The notes under the pieces were generated by a model. The model did no database searches, was not told the DNA's origin, and worked only from the letters and a program-made list of their open reading frames with translations. Source: Pseudonocardiaceae bacterium (GTDB taxonomy: Bacteria; Actinomycetota; Actinomycetes; Mycobacteriales; Pseudonocardiaceae). Taken from it: 64,000 nucleotides of DNA. A program made the translations under genes and the position numbers. Below, piece after piece: positions 35,991 through 44,265 of the stretch (within the stretch, counting starts at the first letter, position 1; each line of letters starts with the position of its first letter). The stretch lies in assembly GCA_036562635.1 (NCBI GenBank), contig DATCJU010000094.1:11758-75757 (forward strand), read 5' to 3'.

Positions 35991-36853
35991 AGCAACCCCA
36001 GTTCTTGCATGTCGGCGATGGGTTCGGACAGCGAGCAGGAGCCGTAGGAGGCGAACACGCCCCGCACGGCGTGTGCTGCCTCCTCGGACAGGGACTTGGC
36101 CTCGTCGGCGAGGGCGGCGGCGTCGGTGCACGCCAGCGCCTCACGAACGTCCCGCCCGCACAGGGCGCGGGCGGTGGCCACCAGCAGGTTCAGGAACCCG
36201 TGGTGGGTGCGCCCGGTCTCGGGGTTGACGTGCCGCACGGCGTGGTGCAGGCCGGCCGTGGCCTTGAACGGCACGCCGAGGGTGGAGGCCACGGCGAGGA
36301 AGTCGGCGACCTCGTCGACGCTGGGGAACGCCTCGTTGGTCAGGCCGCCGCAGCGGATCTTGGGCCAGCAGCCGTGCTCGGCCACCTTACGGACCCCGTC
36401 GAGCCACTCGGGGGCGCCACGCCGGGGTTCCACGACACGGATGACGTCCTCGGGGACGAACTCCGAGACCCGCTCCAGCCAGACGTCGTCCACGTCGGCG
36501 GAGGCGGGCATCTCGACCATCCGCAGGGACAGCAGCTCACTGCGGGACTCGACGATCGAGACGGCCTTGGGCACACCGCCCAGCCCGGTGTCGATCACGA
36601 GCGACAGCGCCACCGGCTTTGCCGGCTTGGCCTTGATCAGCTCGGCGATCAGGTCCGGGAGGCGGGAGGCGGGACACAGGAACAGGCCGACGAGCCCGGC
36701 GTGGGGGCCGGACCGAGCCTCCAGGTGCCCGCGGACCGCATCGGGCATCGTCGCGTTGCCCGGCGGGAACAACGCGGCGTCGTCGATGAGCCGGGCCAGG
36801 AGAGGCGGAATACCGCGCGGGCCGGGCGCGCGGAGTTCGATGGCGCTTGACAC
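35987..36853 (-). CDS. conserved hypothetical protein translationally coupled to fahA
   Basis: 288 aa with high GC3 from GTG 36853 onward; the first 19 codons of the ORF-track version have low GC3 and sit in the hmgA promoter region. No family recognised (KIRCGGLTNEAFPS, FKATAGLHHAVRH). Confidence 0.65.
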   Translation of the reverse strand: MSSAIELRAPGPRGIPPLLARLIDDAALFPPGNATMPDAVRGHLEARSGPHAGLVGLFLCPASRLPDLIAELIKAKPAKPVALSLVIDTGLGGVPKAVSIVESRSELLSLRMVEMPASADVDDVWLERVSEFVPEDVIRVVEPRRGAPEWLDGVRKVAEHGCWPKIRCGGLTNEAFPSVDEVADFLAVASTLGVPFKATAGLHHAVRHVNPETGRTHHGFLNLLVATARALCGRDVREALACTDAAALADEAKSLSEEAAHAVRGVFASYGSCSLSEPIADMQELGLL

Positions 36854-36922
36854 AGGTGTCACGCTAATAGTGTCCAGCACAGCGAACAAAGCTGTTCGAT
36901 ATCCGGACACCGGAGGCGATCA

Positions 36923-38119
36923 ATGCCGTACTACCGCCAAGTCGGCGAAATCCCACGTAAACGGCACACCCAGTTCCGCCGGCCGGACGGCGGCCTGTAC
37001 GCCGAAGAGCTGATGGGAGTCGAGGGCTTCTCCTCGGACTCCGCGCTGCTCTACCACCGGTACCTGCCCACGGCCATCGTCGACGCGGAGACCGTCGAGG
37101 ACACCGGGCGGGAGACCACCCCCAACCTCCCGCTCAAGCCGCGGCACTACCGGACCCAGGACCTCACGTGGGAGTCCCCCGGCGAGGTGGACGCCGTCAC
37201 CGGACGTCGTCTGCTGTTCGGCAACCCCGACGTCAAGATCTGTTTCGTCGCGGCCACCAGCCCCAGCCCGCTGTACCGGAACGCCTTCGGTGACGAACTG
37301 TTCTACGTGCAGACCGGCTCCGCCACCCTGGAGACGGTGTACGGCGCCCTGACCATCGGGGAGGGCGACTACGTCGTCATCCCCACCTCCACCACCTACC
37401 GGGTGGTTCCGGACACCGACCCGGGCGCCGAGCCGCTGCGCCTGCTCGTGCTGGAGGCCACCGGGCACATCGGCCCGCCGAAGCGTTACCTGTCGGCGCG
37501 CGGCCAGTTCCTGGAGCACTCCCCCTACTGCGAGCGCGACCTGCGCGCCCCCACCGAGCCGCTGCTGGTGGAGGGGGAGGACGTCCCGGTGCTGGTGCGG
37601 CACCGCAACGGACTCACCCGGTTCACCTACGCCCACCACCCGTTCGACGTGGTGGGTTGGGACGGCTGCCTGTACCCGTGGGCGTTCAACATCCGCGACT
37701 TCGAGCCCATCACCGGCCGGGTGCACCAGCCGCCGCCCGTGCACCAGACCTTCGAGGGCCCGAACTTCGTGGTCTGCTCGTTCTGCCCGCGCAAGGTGGA
37801 CTACCACCCGCAGGCCATCCCGGTGCCCTACAACCACGCCAACGTGGACTCCGACGAGCTGATGTTCTACGTCGGCGGGAACTACGAGGCCCGCAAGGGC
37901 TCCGGCATCGGCATCGGCTCGATGTCGCTGCACCCGTCCGGCTGCACCCACGGCCCGCAGCCCGGTGCGGTGGAGGCCTCGCTCGGCGTGGAGTACTTCG
38001 ACGAGACCGCGGTCATGGTGGACACCTTCCGACCGCTGGAACTCGGCGAGGCCGCGGCCGCCTGCGAGGACCCGCGCTACGCCTGGACCTGGGCCAGGCG
38101 CGGCCCGGACTGGAGCTGA
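36923..38119 (+). CDS. hmgA: homogentisate 1,2-dioxygenase
   Basis: MPYYRQVGEIPRKRHTQFR...GFSSDSALLYH and a C-terminal cupin with NHANVDSDELMFY...MSLHPSGCTHGP. Diverges from the fahA operon. Confidence 0.9.
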   Translation: MPYYRQVGEIPRKRHTQFRRPDGGLYAEELMGVEGFSSDSALLYHRYLPTAIVDAETVEDTGRETTPNLPLKPRHYRTQDLTWESPGEVDAVTGRRLLFGNPDVKICFVAATSPSPLYRNAFGDELFYVQTGSATLETVYGALTIGEGDYVVIPTSTTYRVVPDTDPGAEPLRLLVLEATGHIGPPKRYLSARGQFLEHSPYCERDLRAPTEPLLVEGEDVPVLVRHRNGLTRFTYAHHPFDVVGWDGCLYPWAFNIRDFEPITGRVHQPPPVHQTFEGPNFVVCSFCPRKVDYHPQAIPVPYNHANVDSDELMFYVGGNYEARKGSGIGIGSMSLHPSGCTHGPQPGAVEASLGVEYFDETAVMVDTFRPLELGEAAAACEDPRYAWTWARRGPDWS

Positions 38120-38131
38120 GCCGCACGTTCC

Positions 38132-38172
38132 GGCTGCGCCGAGCGGGTTGCGGCGACCCGCCCGGCGCAGCC
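38132..38172 (+). terminator. nested GC hairpin after hmgA (arms GGCTGCGCCG / CGGCGCAGCC, inner GCGGGT / ACCCGC)
   Basis: Perfect 10-bp outer and 6-bp inner stems starting 13 nt after the hmgA stop. Confidence 0.5.
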
Positions 38173-38261
38173 ACCGGGCCGGCTCGCCCGGTTCGTCGGA
38201 CTCACCGCGACCGTGGGTTCCGCCACCCGTGACCGGCCCCCGCTTCCGGGCCGTCCGCCGG

Positions 38262-39107
38262 TCACCGTCCGACGGACGGCCCGGAATGAGAAGACCCGGA
38301 ATAAGAAGGAAGGAGCACCGGGTCCGTCAGGAACGCCCACGGCCCGGGCGCCGGCGGTGCGGCAGGTCGCTCCGCCGGCTCGGCACCCACCAGGACCGCG
38401 TAGGCCACGACGTTGTCCGTGTAGCTGCGGCGGGCCCGGTCGAAGCGACCCCCACAGGTGATCAGCCGCAGCCCGGCGTGATCGATCGCCCCGTACACCG
38501 CCTCGGTGGGGAACCGCTCCTTGGGATACCGCTCCACCGCGGTCACCCGGAACACCGCGGTGCTGCCGTCGGCCCGGACCACCCGCACCTCGGCGCCGGG
38601 GCGGAGGTGCCCCAGCCGGTGGAACACGCCCGGGCGGCCGGCCCAGTCGACGTGTCCGACGAGCACCGCCGGTCCCCACGCACCGGGCGGTGGCGCCCCG
38701 GTGTACCAGCCGACCTGCTCACCGCTGTCGGGCACCTCCACCGTGCCGTCCGGCTGCAACCCCAGCGCGACCGGTTCCGTGTCCACGCCGAGGGCCGGCA
38801 CGACCACCCGCACCGGAGGCACCGCCGGCAGTGCCGACCCGTCCCCCGACCCCGGGGGAACCACCCCGGTGGACACCACCTGCGCACCGGCGACCGGCAC
38901 CGGGTCCTCGACGCCGGGACGGATGCCGGCTCCGGCGGACCGGTCGAACGCGCCGCAGGTCAGCAGGGAGAACCCGAGCGCGACGACCACCGTCGCCGGC
39001 GCGGGCCCGGTTCGGTGACGACCGACCACGCGGCGACCGGCCGGACGACGACCACCGTGGGCGTGCCGCCTGCCGCCCCGGCGTCGACGGGCGTGCCGTC
39101 CAGCCAA
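38262..39107 (-). CDS. class F sortase
   Basis: VGWYTGAPPPGAWGPAVLVGHVD (His site) and LRLITCGGRFD (TxxTC-type Cys site). N-terminal Arg-rich segment plus a TM. Start tentatively TTG 39107, 4 nt after the upstream stop. Confidence 0.8.
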   Translation of the reverse strand: MAGRHARRRRGGRRHAHGGRRPAGRRVVGRHRTGPAPATVVVALGFSLLTCGAFDRSAGAGIRPGVEDPVPVAGAQVVSTGVVPPGSGDGSALPAVPPVRVVVPALGVDTEPVALGLQPDGTVEVPDSGEQVGWYTGAPPPGAWGPAVLVGHVDWAGRPGVFHRLGHLRPGAEVRVVRADGSTAVFRVTAVERYPKERFPTEAVYGAIDHAGLRLITCGGRFDRARRSYTDNVVAYAVLVGAEPAERPAAPPAPGPWAFLTDPVLLPSYSGSSHSGPSVGR

Positions 39108-39111
39108 CGGT

Positions 39112-39909
39112 TCACCCGTTCCGATGCCGCACCCGCCGCCGGGCGAGAACCGCACCGGCGAGCATCGCACCGCCCAGCACGGCCAGGGCGGGCGCCGGAC
39201 CGTCGGTGGAGCCCGCGGTGCTGCCGTCACCGGCCTCCACCGCACCCACCGGCACCGAGACCGGCCCCACCCCGGACAGCGCACCACAGGTCACCGGGTT
39301 GGTGGCCTCCTCGGGGACACCGGCCACGCCCAGGGCCTTGGCGAACGTCGACTCGCCGAGCGCCTCCAGGTCGTACCGACCGTTCCCGTTCGCGTCGATG
39401 CCGTGCTGCTCGACGACCAGGTTCCGCAGGTTCCGTTTGACCGCGGGAGGCAGCTCCGCGGCCGGGAAGGTCCGCTCGTAGTGCAGTTCGCCCTTCGCGT
39501 CGGCCTTGGGCATGCGGTCCAGGGCGAGGGCGCTCGCCGGGCCGGTGTCGCCGGTGGTGGTGAGCGAGAGAACCGCCGGGCCGTAGTAGGGCGCCCCCTC
39601 CTCCGCGGAGACGTACCCGTCGCGGTCGGCGTCCGCGGACCTGTCCGTGCAGACGAACCGACCCCGCTCCCCGCCGTGGAGGTGCTGGGCGTGCGGCACG
39701 TTCGGCAGCAGCCCGGTGGCGTGGATCGTGACGTGCAGGTCCCCCGCCTCGGTCACGGTCACCGTCGCGACACCTCCGGCGCCGGTGCCGTTGATGTCCC
39801 CGAGCCGGACGTGGAAGTTCTGCTGGGGTTCCTCAGCCGCCGCGGGGGCCGCCAGGAGCAGCAGCAACGCGGCGGAGACGATCAGCGGTCCTCGTGTCCT
39901 CGTCCTCAT
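39112..39909 (-). CDS. secreted CHRD-like protein with EF-hand-like loops and a C-terminal TM/Arg tail (putative sortase F substrate)
   Basis: Signal peptide (LIVSAALLLLLAAPAAAEE). CHRD-like GGVATVTV...LHVTIHATGL...HAQHLHGG. DADRDGYVSAEE fits the 12-residue EF-hand loop. C-terminus G/S/T-rich, then ALAVLGGAMLAGAVLA-RRRVRHR. Confidence 0.6.
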   Translation of the reverse strand: MRTRTRGPLIVSAALLLLLAAPAAAEEPQQNFHVRLGDINGTGAGGVATVTVTEAGDLHVTIHATGLLPNVPHAQHLHGGERGRFVCTDRSADADRDGYVSAEEGAPYYGPAVLSLTTTGDTGPASALALDRMPKADAKGELHYERTFPAAELPPAVKRNLRNLVVEQHGIDANGNGRYDLEALGESTFAKALGVAGVPEEATNPVTCGALSGVGPVSVPVGAVEAGDGSTAGSTDGPAPALAVLGGAMLAGAVLARRRVRHRNG

Positions 39910-40241
39910 CTACCGGGTCCTCCCGTCGTGTCGGCACCCGCCCCGTCACCGGAGCCGGCCGGTCCTCCCGGTGGCTCCGCCGGCGGGCGGCTCCCGGTTT
40001 GCCCCGGTACCCCACCCCCAACCGCCGTCCGGTCCGGTTCGCCCCGGCCGGGACGGTGGAACCGCCGGTCGCGGGCCCCTTCACGGCACGCTGCGCACAC
40101 CCTCGTTCCTCCCGCCGGGCGTATCCGCCTCGTCCGGACTCCCCTGGACCGAGTGACCCGTACCGAGCAGCAGTGATCGGTTTCTGTCGGTGGTGATCCC
40201 TAACGTGCGAGGCGCCTGGTGACGGAGAGGAGACGGGCACG

Positions 40242-41582
40242 GTGGACGTGCAGGCGGTGCTGAGCCTGGCCCCGGACGCACAGGTCGCGTCGAGCGGCAG
40301 CAAGTTGGCCAACCCCGCCAAGTGGTCCGGTTCGGGCCACGACGGGCAGGCCCTGTGGGGGCTGTGCGCGGGCAGCGGCAAGAAGCCCTACCAGGTGTGC
40401 GTCGACCTGAGCGACCGGGTCAGCAAGTGCTCCTGCCCGTCCCGCAAGTTCCCCTGCAAGCACGCGGTGGCACTGCAGCTGCTGCACGTCACCGGCTCCG
40501 TTCCCGGCCCGGAGGGCGCCGAGCGCCCGGAGTGGGCCGAGGAGTGGCTGCGCCGGCGGCAGCAGCGGAGGAACACCCGGAGCGCGTCCTCCGACGAGTC
40601 CCCGGAGGACCGGCAGCGACGAGCCGCCCAGCGGGCCCGCACCGCCAGGGCCCGGCAGCAGAAGGTGCTGGCCGGGGTGGCGACCCTGCGCGACTGGCTG
40701 ACCGACATCGCCACCGCCGGGATCGCCGAGCTCGGCGAGCGGGACGCGTCCTGGTGGCGCACCGCGTCCGCCCGCATGGTGGACGCCCAGGCCCCCGGTC
40801 TGGCCTCCGCGATCGAGGAGCTGCACCAGGTGGTCTCCGCCGGTGGTGACCGGTGGACGGAGGAGGCCGCGGACCGACTGGGCGGGCTGCACCTGCTCGC
40901 CGTGCTCGCCCCGGCCGCCCTGGGGGAGGACGGGAACGCGGCGACGCTGCCGGCCGGGTTGGCCGACACGGTGCGGTCCCGGCTCGGGCTCACCACCTCC
41001 GAGGACGAGGTGCGGGCCGGGGAGGGCTGGTCCGACCGGTGGCTGGTGCTGCTGCGCCGGGACAGCAGCGCCGGGCGGGTGCAGACCGTGCAGCAGTGGG
41101 CATGGGGCCGGGAGCGCCGGGAGTGGGTGACCGCGGTGCGGCACGCCGGGGGTGGTGCCCTTCCGGCCCCGCCCCTGCCGCCGGGGACGGAACTGACCGC
41201 GGTGGTCCACCCCTACCCCGGGGGTGCTCCGCGCCGGGTGCTGCTCGGCGAGGTCACCGAGCAGCGTCCGGTGCACGACCTGGACCTGCCCGCCACGTGG
41301 TCGGAGGCGCTGGCCGGCCTGGAGCCGCTGCTGTGCGCCGACCCGTGGCAGCGGGTGCACCCGCTGGGCAGCGCGGCGGTGCGTGTCGCCCGCGCCGGGA
41401 ACGAGTTCGTGCTGCTGGACCGGACCGACAGGTCGATCCCGGTACGGGCGGACACCGCGCTGGAGCGGGCCCTGGCGGTCTCCGGGGGTGCGGAGTTCGG
41501 CGCGGTGGGGCTGTGGGACGGCCGGGAGCTGCGGCTGGGTGCGATCACCCGGCCCGGCGGCGAGGTGGAGTTGGTGGCATGA
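40242..41582 (+). CDS. SWIM zinc finger family protein
   Basis: CSCPSRKFPCKHAVAL equals the SWIM CxCx(n)CxH motif. GTG start after GGAGAGGAG. First gene of the five-gene operon. Confidence 0.85.
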   Translation: MDVQAVLSLAPDAQVASSGSKLANPAKWSGSGHDGQALWGLCAGSGKKPYQVCVDLSDRVSKCSCPSRKFPCKHAVALQLLHVTGSVPGPEGAERPEWAEEWLRRRQQRRNTRSASSDESPEDRQRRAAQRARTARARQQKVLAGVATLRDWLTDIATAGIAELGERDASWWRTASARMVDAQAPGLASAIEELHQVVSAGGDRWTEEAADRLGGLHLLAVLAPAALGEDGNAATLPAGLADTVRSRLGLTTSEDEVRAGEGWSDRWLVLLRRDSSAGRVQTVQQWAWGRERREWVTAVRHAGGGALPAPPLPPGTELTAVVHPYPGGAPRRVLLGEVTEQRPVHDLDLPATWSEALAGLEPLLCADPWQRVHPLGSAAVRVARAGNEFVLLDRTDRSIPVRADTALERALAVSGGAEFGAVGLWDGRELRLGAITRPGGEVELVA

Positions 41583-43042
41583 CGACGTTCGAGAGCTCCT
41601 CCGTGACGGAGGCGACCCCCCAGGCGTGGCAGGAGACGGTGCGCCGCCTGCTCGCCGGCGGTGGCCGGGCCGGCACGGATCCGGCCGCACTGCTGGACAA
41701 CTGTGCCGCGCTCGGAACGGCCCGCCGCGGTGCCCGGCTGCCCGACGCGGCCGGGACGGCGGTACCGGTGTCGCCCGCCCCGTCCGACCCGCGGCCCGAA
41801 GGGTCCGAGCGCCTGGCCGGCCTGCTCACCCGGATGCTGGCCGGCGGGGACAAGGACCTGATCACCGAGTGGTGCCGGTCGGTGGCGGACGCCGGTCTGA
41901 CCGCTCCGTACTGCTGCCTGCCCGACCTGCTGGCCTACGGCACCGGGCGGTCCGGGATGCGCCCGGCGATCCACGAGGTGCTGGGTGCGCGGGGACGCTG
42001 GCTGGCCGCGATGCGCCCGGCCTGGTCCTGGGCCGGACACGACCAGAGCGCGTGGGAGGACCAGGACCTGGAGGCGCTGCTGGACGCACCGGCCCCGGTG
42101 CGTCTGGCGGGGCTGCGCCGGGCCCGCCGGCGCGACCCGGACGGCACCCGGGAGTTCCTGGCCGCGCAGTACGCGGCGCAACGTCGGGCCGCGGACCGCA
42201 GGGTGCTGGTCGAGGCCCTGGAGGAGGGTCTGGGCCCGGCGGACGAGCCCCTGCTGGAACGGATGCTGCGTGACCGCGCCGTCGAGGTGCACGACGCCGC
42301 GGTCCAGCTGCTGCGTCGACTGCCCGGTTCGGCGCTGTCCCGGCGGGCCGCCGAACGGCTACGTGCCGGAGTCGTCCTGGTCGACGGGGTCCTGGAGGTA
42401 CGCCCCGACGGGCCGTTCGGCACCGAGCCGACCGAGGAGGAACGGCTCGACCTGCTGTGGGAGGGGGGCGGCGGGCGTGGCCGCTGGGGTCGGCTGCACG
42501 GTGCCGCGGCCAGCGTGCCACCCGAGTTCTGGACGGAGCTGCTCGACCTCGACGTCCAGAGCGCGATCGAGGTGGTGGCCGAGACACCCGAGTTCCTGCA
42601 CGGGCTGGTCGCGGCGCTGCCGCAGGCCGCGGACCCGGTCCCCTGGCTGGTCGCCGCGCTTCGGACCTGGGGCACCGGCAGCAACGCCCTGCGCGTGTCG
42701 TACCGGATGAGCGACCTGCCCGTCGAACAGGCCGAACGCGCCCTGTTCGAGCTGCTGCCAGACTGCGAACACGACCTGATCGCCCACGTGTGCGAGTACC
42801 TGCCCACACCGTGGTCGGCGGCGATGACCGCCGCGCTGGTGGAGCGCTACATGGCGCTGGAGGACCCCGAGTGGCGGCAGAACCAGGTGCCCGACCTGCT
42901 GGTCCACCGGGGTGACGTGGACGTCCTGGTCCAGGCGTGGCCCCGGATCACCGCCCGCTGGCCCGAGCACGCCACCGAGACCGGAGTGCTGGAGCTGCGG
43001 GTCGCACTCCGGGACGCGATCCGCGAGCACCGAACCGTCTGA
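41579..43042 (+). CDS. DUF5691-like helical-repeat protein
   Basis: 487 aa, Leu/Ala/Arg-rich helical (HEAT-like). ATG 41579 overlaps the SWIM stop (ATGA). DUF5691 assignment is from memory of the conserved SWIM-DUF5691-AAA-DUF5682-VWA gene order. Confidence 0.65.
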   Translation: MTTFESSSVTEATPQAWQETVRRLLAGGGRAGTDPAALLDNCAALGTARRGARLPDAAGTAVPVSPAPSDPRPEGSERLAGLLTRMLAGGDKDLITEWCRSVADAGLTAPYCCLPDLLAYGTGRSGMRPAIHEVLGARGRWLAAMRPAWSWAGHDQSAWEDQDLEALLDAPAPVRLAGLRRARRRDPDGTREFLAAQYAAQRRAADRRVLVEALEEGLGPADEPLLERMLRDRAVEVHDAAVQLLRRLPGSALSRRAAERLRAGVVLVDGVLEVRPDGPFGTEPTEEERLDLLWEGGGGRGRWGRLHGAAASVPPEFWTELLDLDVQSAIEVVAETPEFLHGLVAALPQAADPVPWLVAALRTWGTGSNALRVSYRMSDLPVEQAERALFELLPDCEHDLIAHVCEYLPTPWSAAMTAALVERYMALEDPEWRQNQVPDLLVHRGDVDVLVQAWPRITARWPEHATETGVLELRVALRDAIREHRTV

Positions 43043-43149
43043 CCGGTCCGGCACGGAACCGAGCATCACGTCGCCCGCCCCGGCGGCGTTCCGACACCAC
43101 ATCCGCGCGCCGTGGACGCGCGCGTTCCACGACGAGGAGGACACACCCC

Positions 43150-44265
43150 GTGAGCACCCAGAACGGCATGCTGCGCCCGCCCGCCGAGGAGCAGTACGCC
43201 GCCGAGCTGGCCGCGCTGGCCGCGATCGACGACCGGCCCCGTCCGCCGCGCTGGCGGCTGTCCCCGCAGGCCGTGGTCCGGTACGTGCTGGGCGACACCC
43301 TGCCGGACGGCACGGTGATCACCCCCAAGTACGTCGGTGACCGGCGGCTGGTGGAGGTGGCGGTGAGCACCCTGGCCACCGACCGGGCACTGCTGCTGGT
43401 CGGGGTGCCGGGTACCGCCAAGTCGTGGCTGTCCGAGCACCTGGCCGCCGCGATCAGCGGGGACTCCACCCTCGTGGTGCAGGGCACCGCGGGCACCGGG
43501 GAGGACGCGGTCCGCTACGGCTGGAACTACGCCCAGCTCATCGCCCAGGGTCCCAGTGAGGACGCGGTAGTGCCCAGCCCGGTGATGCGTGCGATGCGCA
43601 CGGGTGCGCTGGTCCGCATCGAGGAGCTGACCCGGATGCCGGCCGAGGTGCAGGACTCGCTGATCACGATCCTGTCCGAGAAGACGCTGCCGGTGCCCGA
43701 GCTGAACAGCCAGGTCCGGGCGGTGCCGGGTTTCAACGTGATCGCCACCGCCAACGACCGGGACCGCGGGGTCAACCAGATGTCCTCGGCGCTGGCCCGC
43801 CGGTTCAACACCGTGGTGCTGCCGCCACCGGCCACCGAGGACGACGAGGTGGAGATCGTGTCCATGCGGGCCGCCCAGCTGGGCCGGGCGCTGGAGCTGC
43901 CCGCCGAGCCGCCCGCCCTGGAGGAGGTGCGCCGGGTGGTCCGGGTCTTCCGCGAGCTGCGCCAGGGGTCCACTGTGGACGGTCGCACCCAGCTCAAGCG
44001 TCCCAGCGGCAGCCTGTCCACCGCGGAGGCGATCTCGGTGGTGACCAACGGGATGGCGCTGGCCGCGCACTTCGGCGACGGCCGGATCGGGGCGGACGAG
44101 CTGGCCGCGGGGCTGCTCGGCGCCGTGGTCAAGGACCGGGTGTCGGACACCGCCGCGTGGCAGGAGTACCTGGAGACCGTGGTCCGGGAGCGCACCGAGT
44201 GGCGTGACCTGTACCGAGCCTGCCGGGAGCTGGACGCCTCGGCCTTCGCCGCGGACGGGGTGTGA
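43150..44265 (+). CDS. MoxR-class AAA+ ATPase (AAA_5 type)
   Basis: Walker A LLLVGVPGTAKS, Walker B-like GALVRIEELTRMP, sensor/Arg-finger region FNVIATANDRDRGVNQMSSALARRF. GTG 43150 after GAGGAGGA. Confidence 0.88.
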   Translation: MSTQNGMLRPPAEEQYAAELAALAAIDDRPRPPRWRLSPQAVVRYVLGDTLPDGTVITPKYVGDRRLVEVAVSTLATDRALLLVGVPGTAKSWLSEHLAAAISGDSTLVVQGTAGTGEDAVRYGWNYAQLIAQGPSEDAVVPSPVMRAMRTGALVRIEELTRMPAEVQDSLITILSEKTLPVPELNSQVRAVPGFNVIATANDRDRGVNQMSSALARRFNTVVLPPPATEDDEVEIVSMRAAQLGRALELPAEPPALEEVRRVVRVFRELRQGSTVDGRTQLKRPSGSLSTAEAISVVTNGMALAAHFGDGRIGADELAAGLLGAVVKDRVSDTAAWQEYLETVVRERTEWRDLYRACRELDASAFAADGV

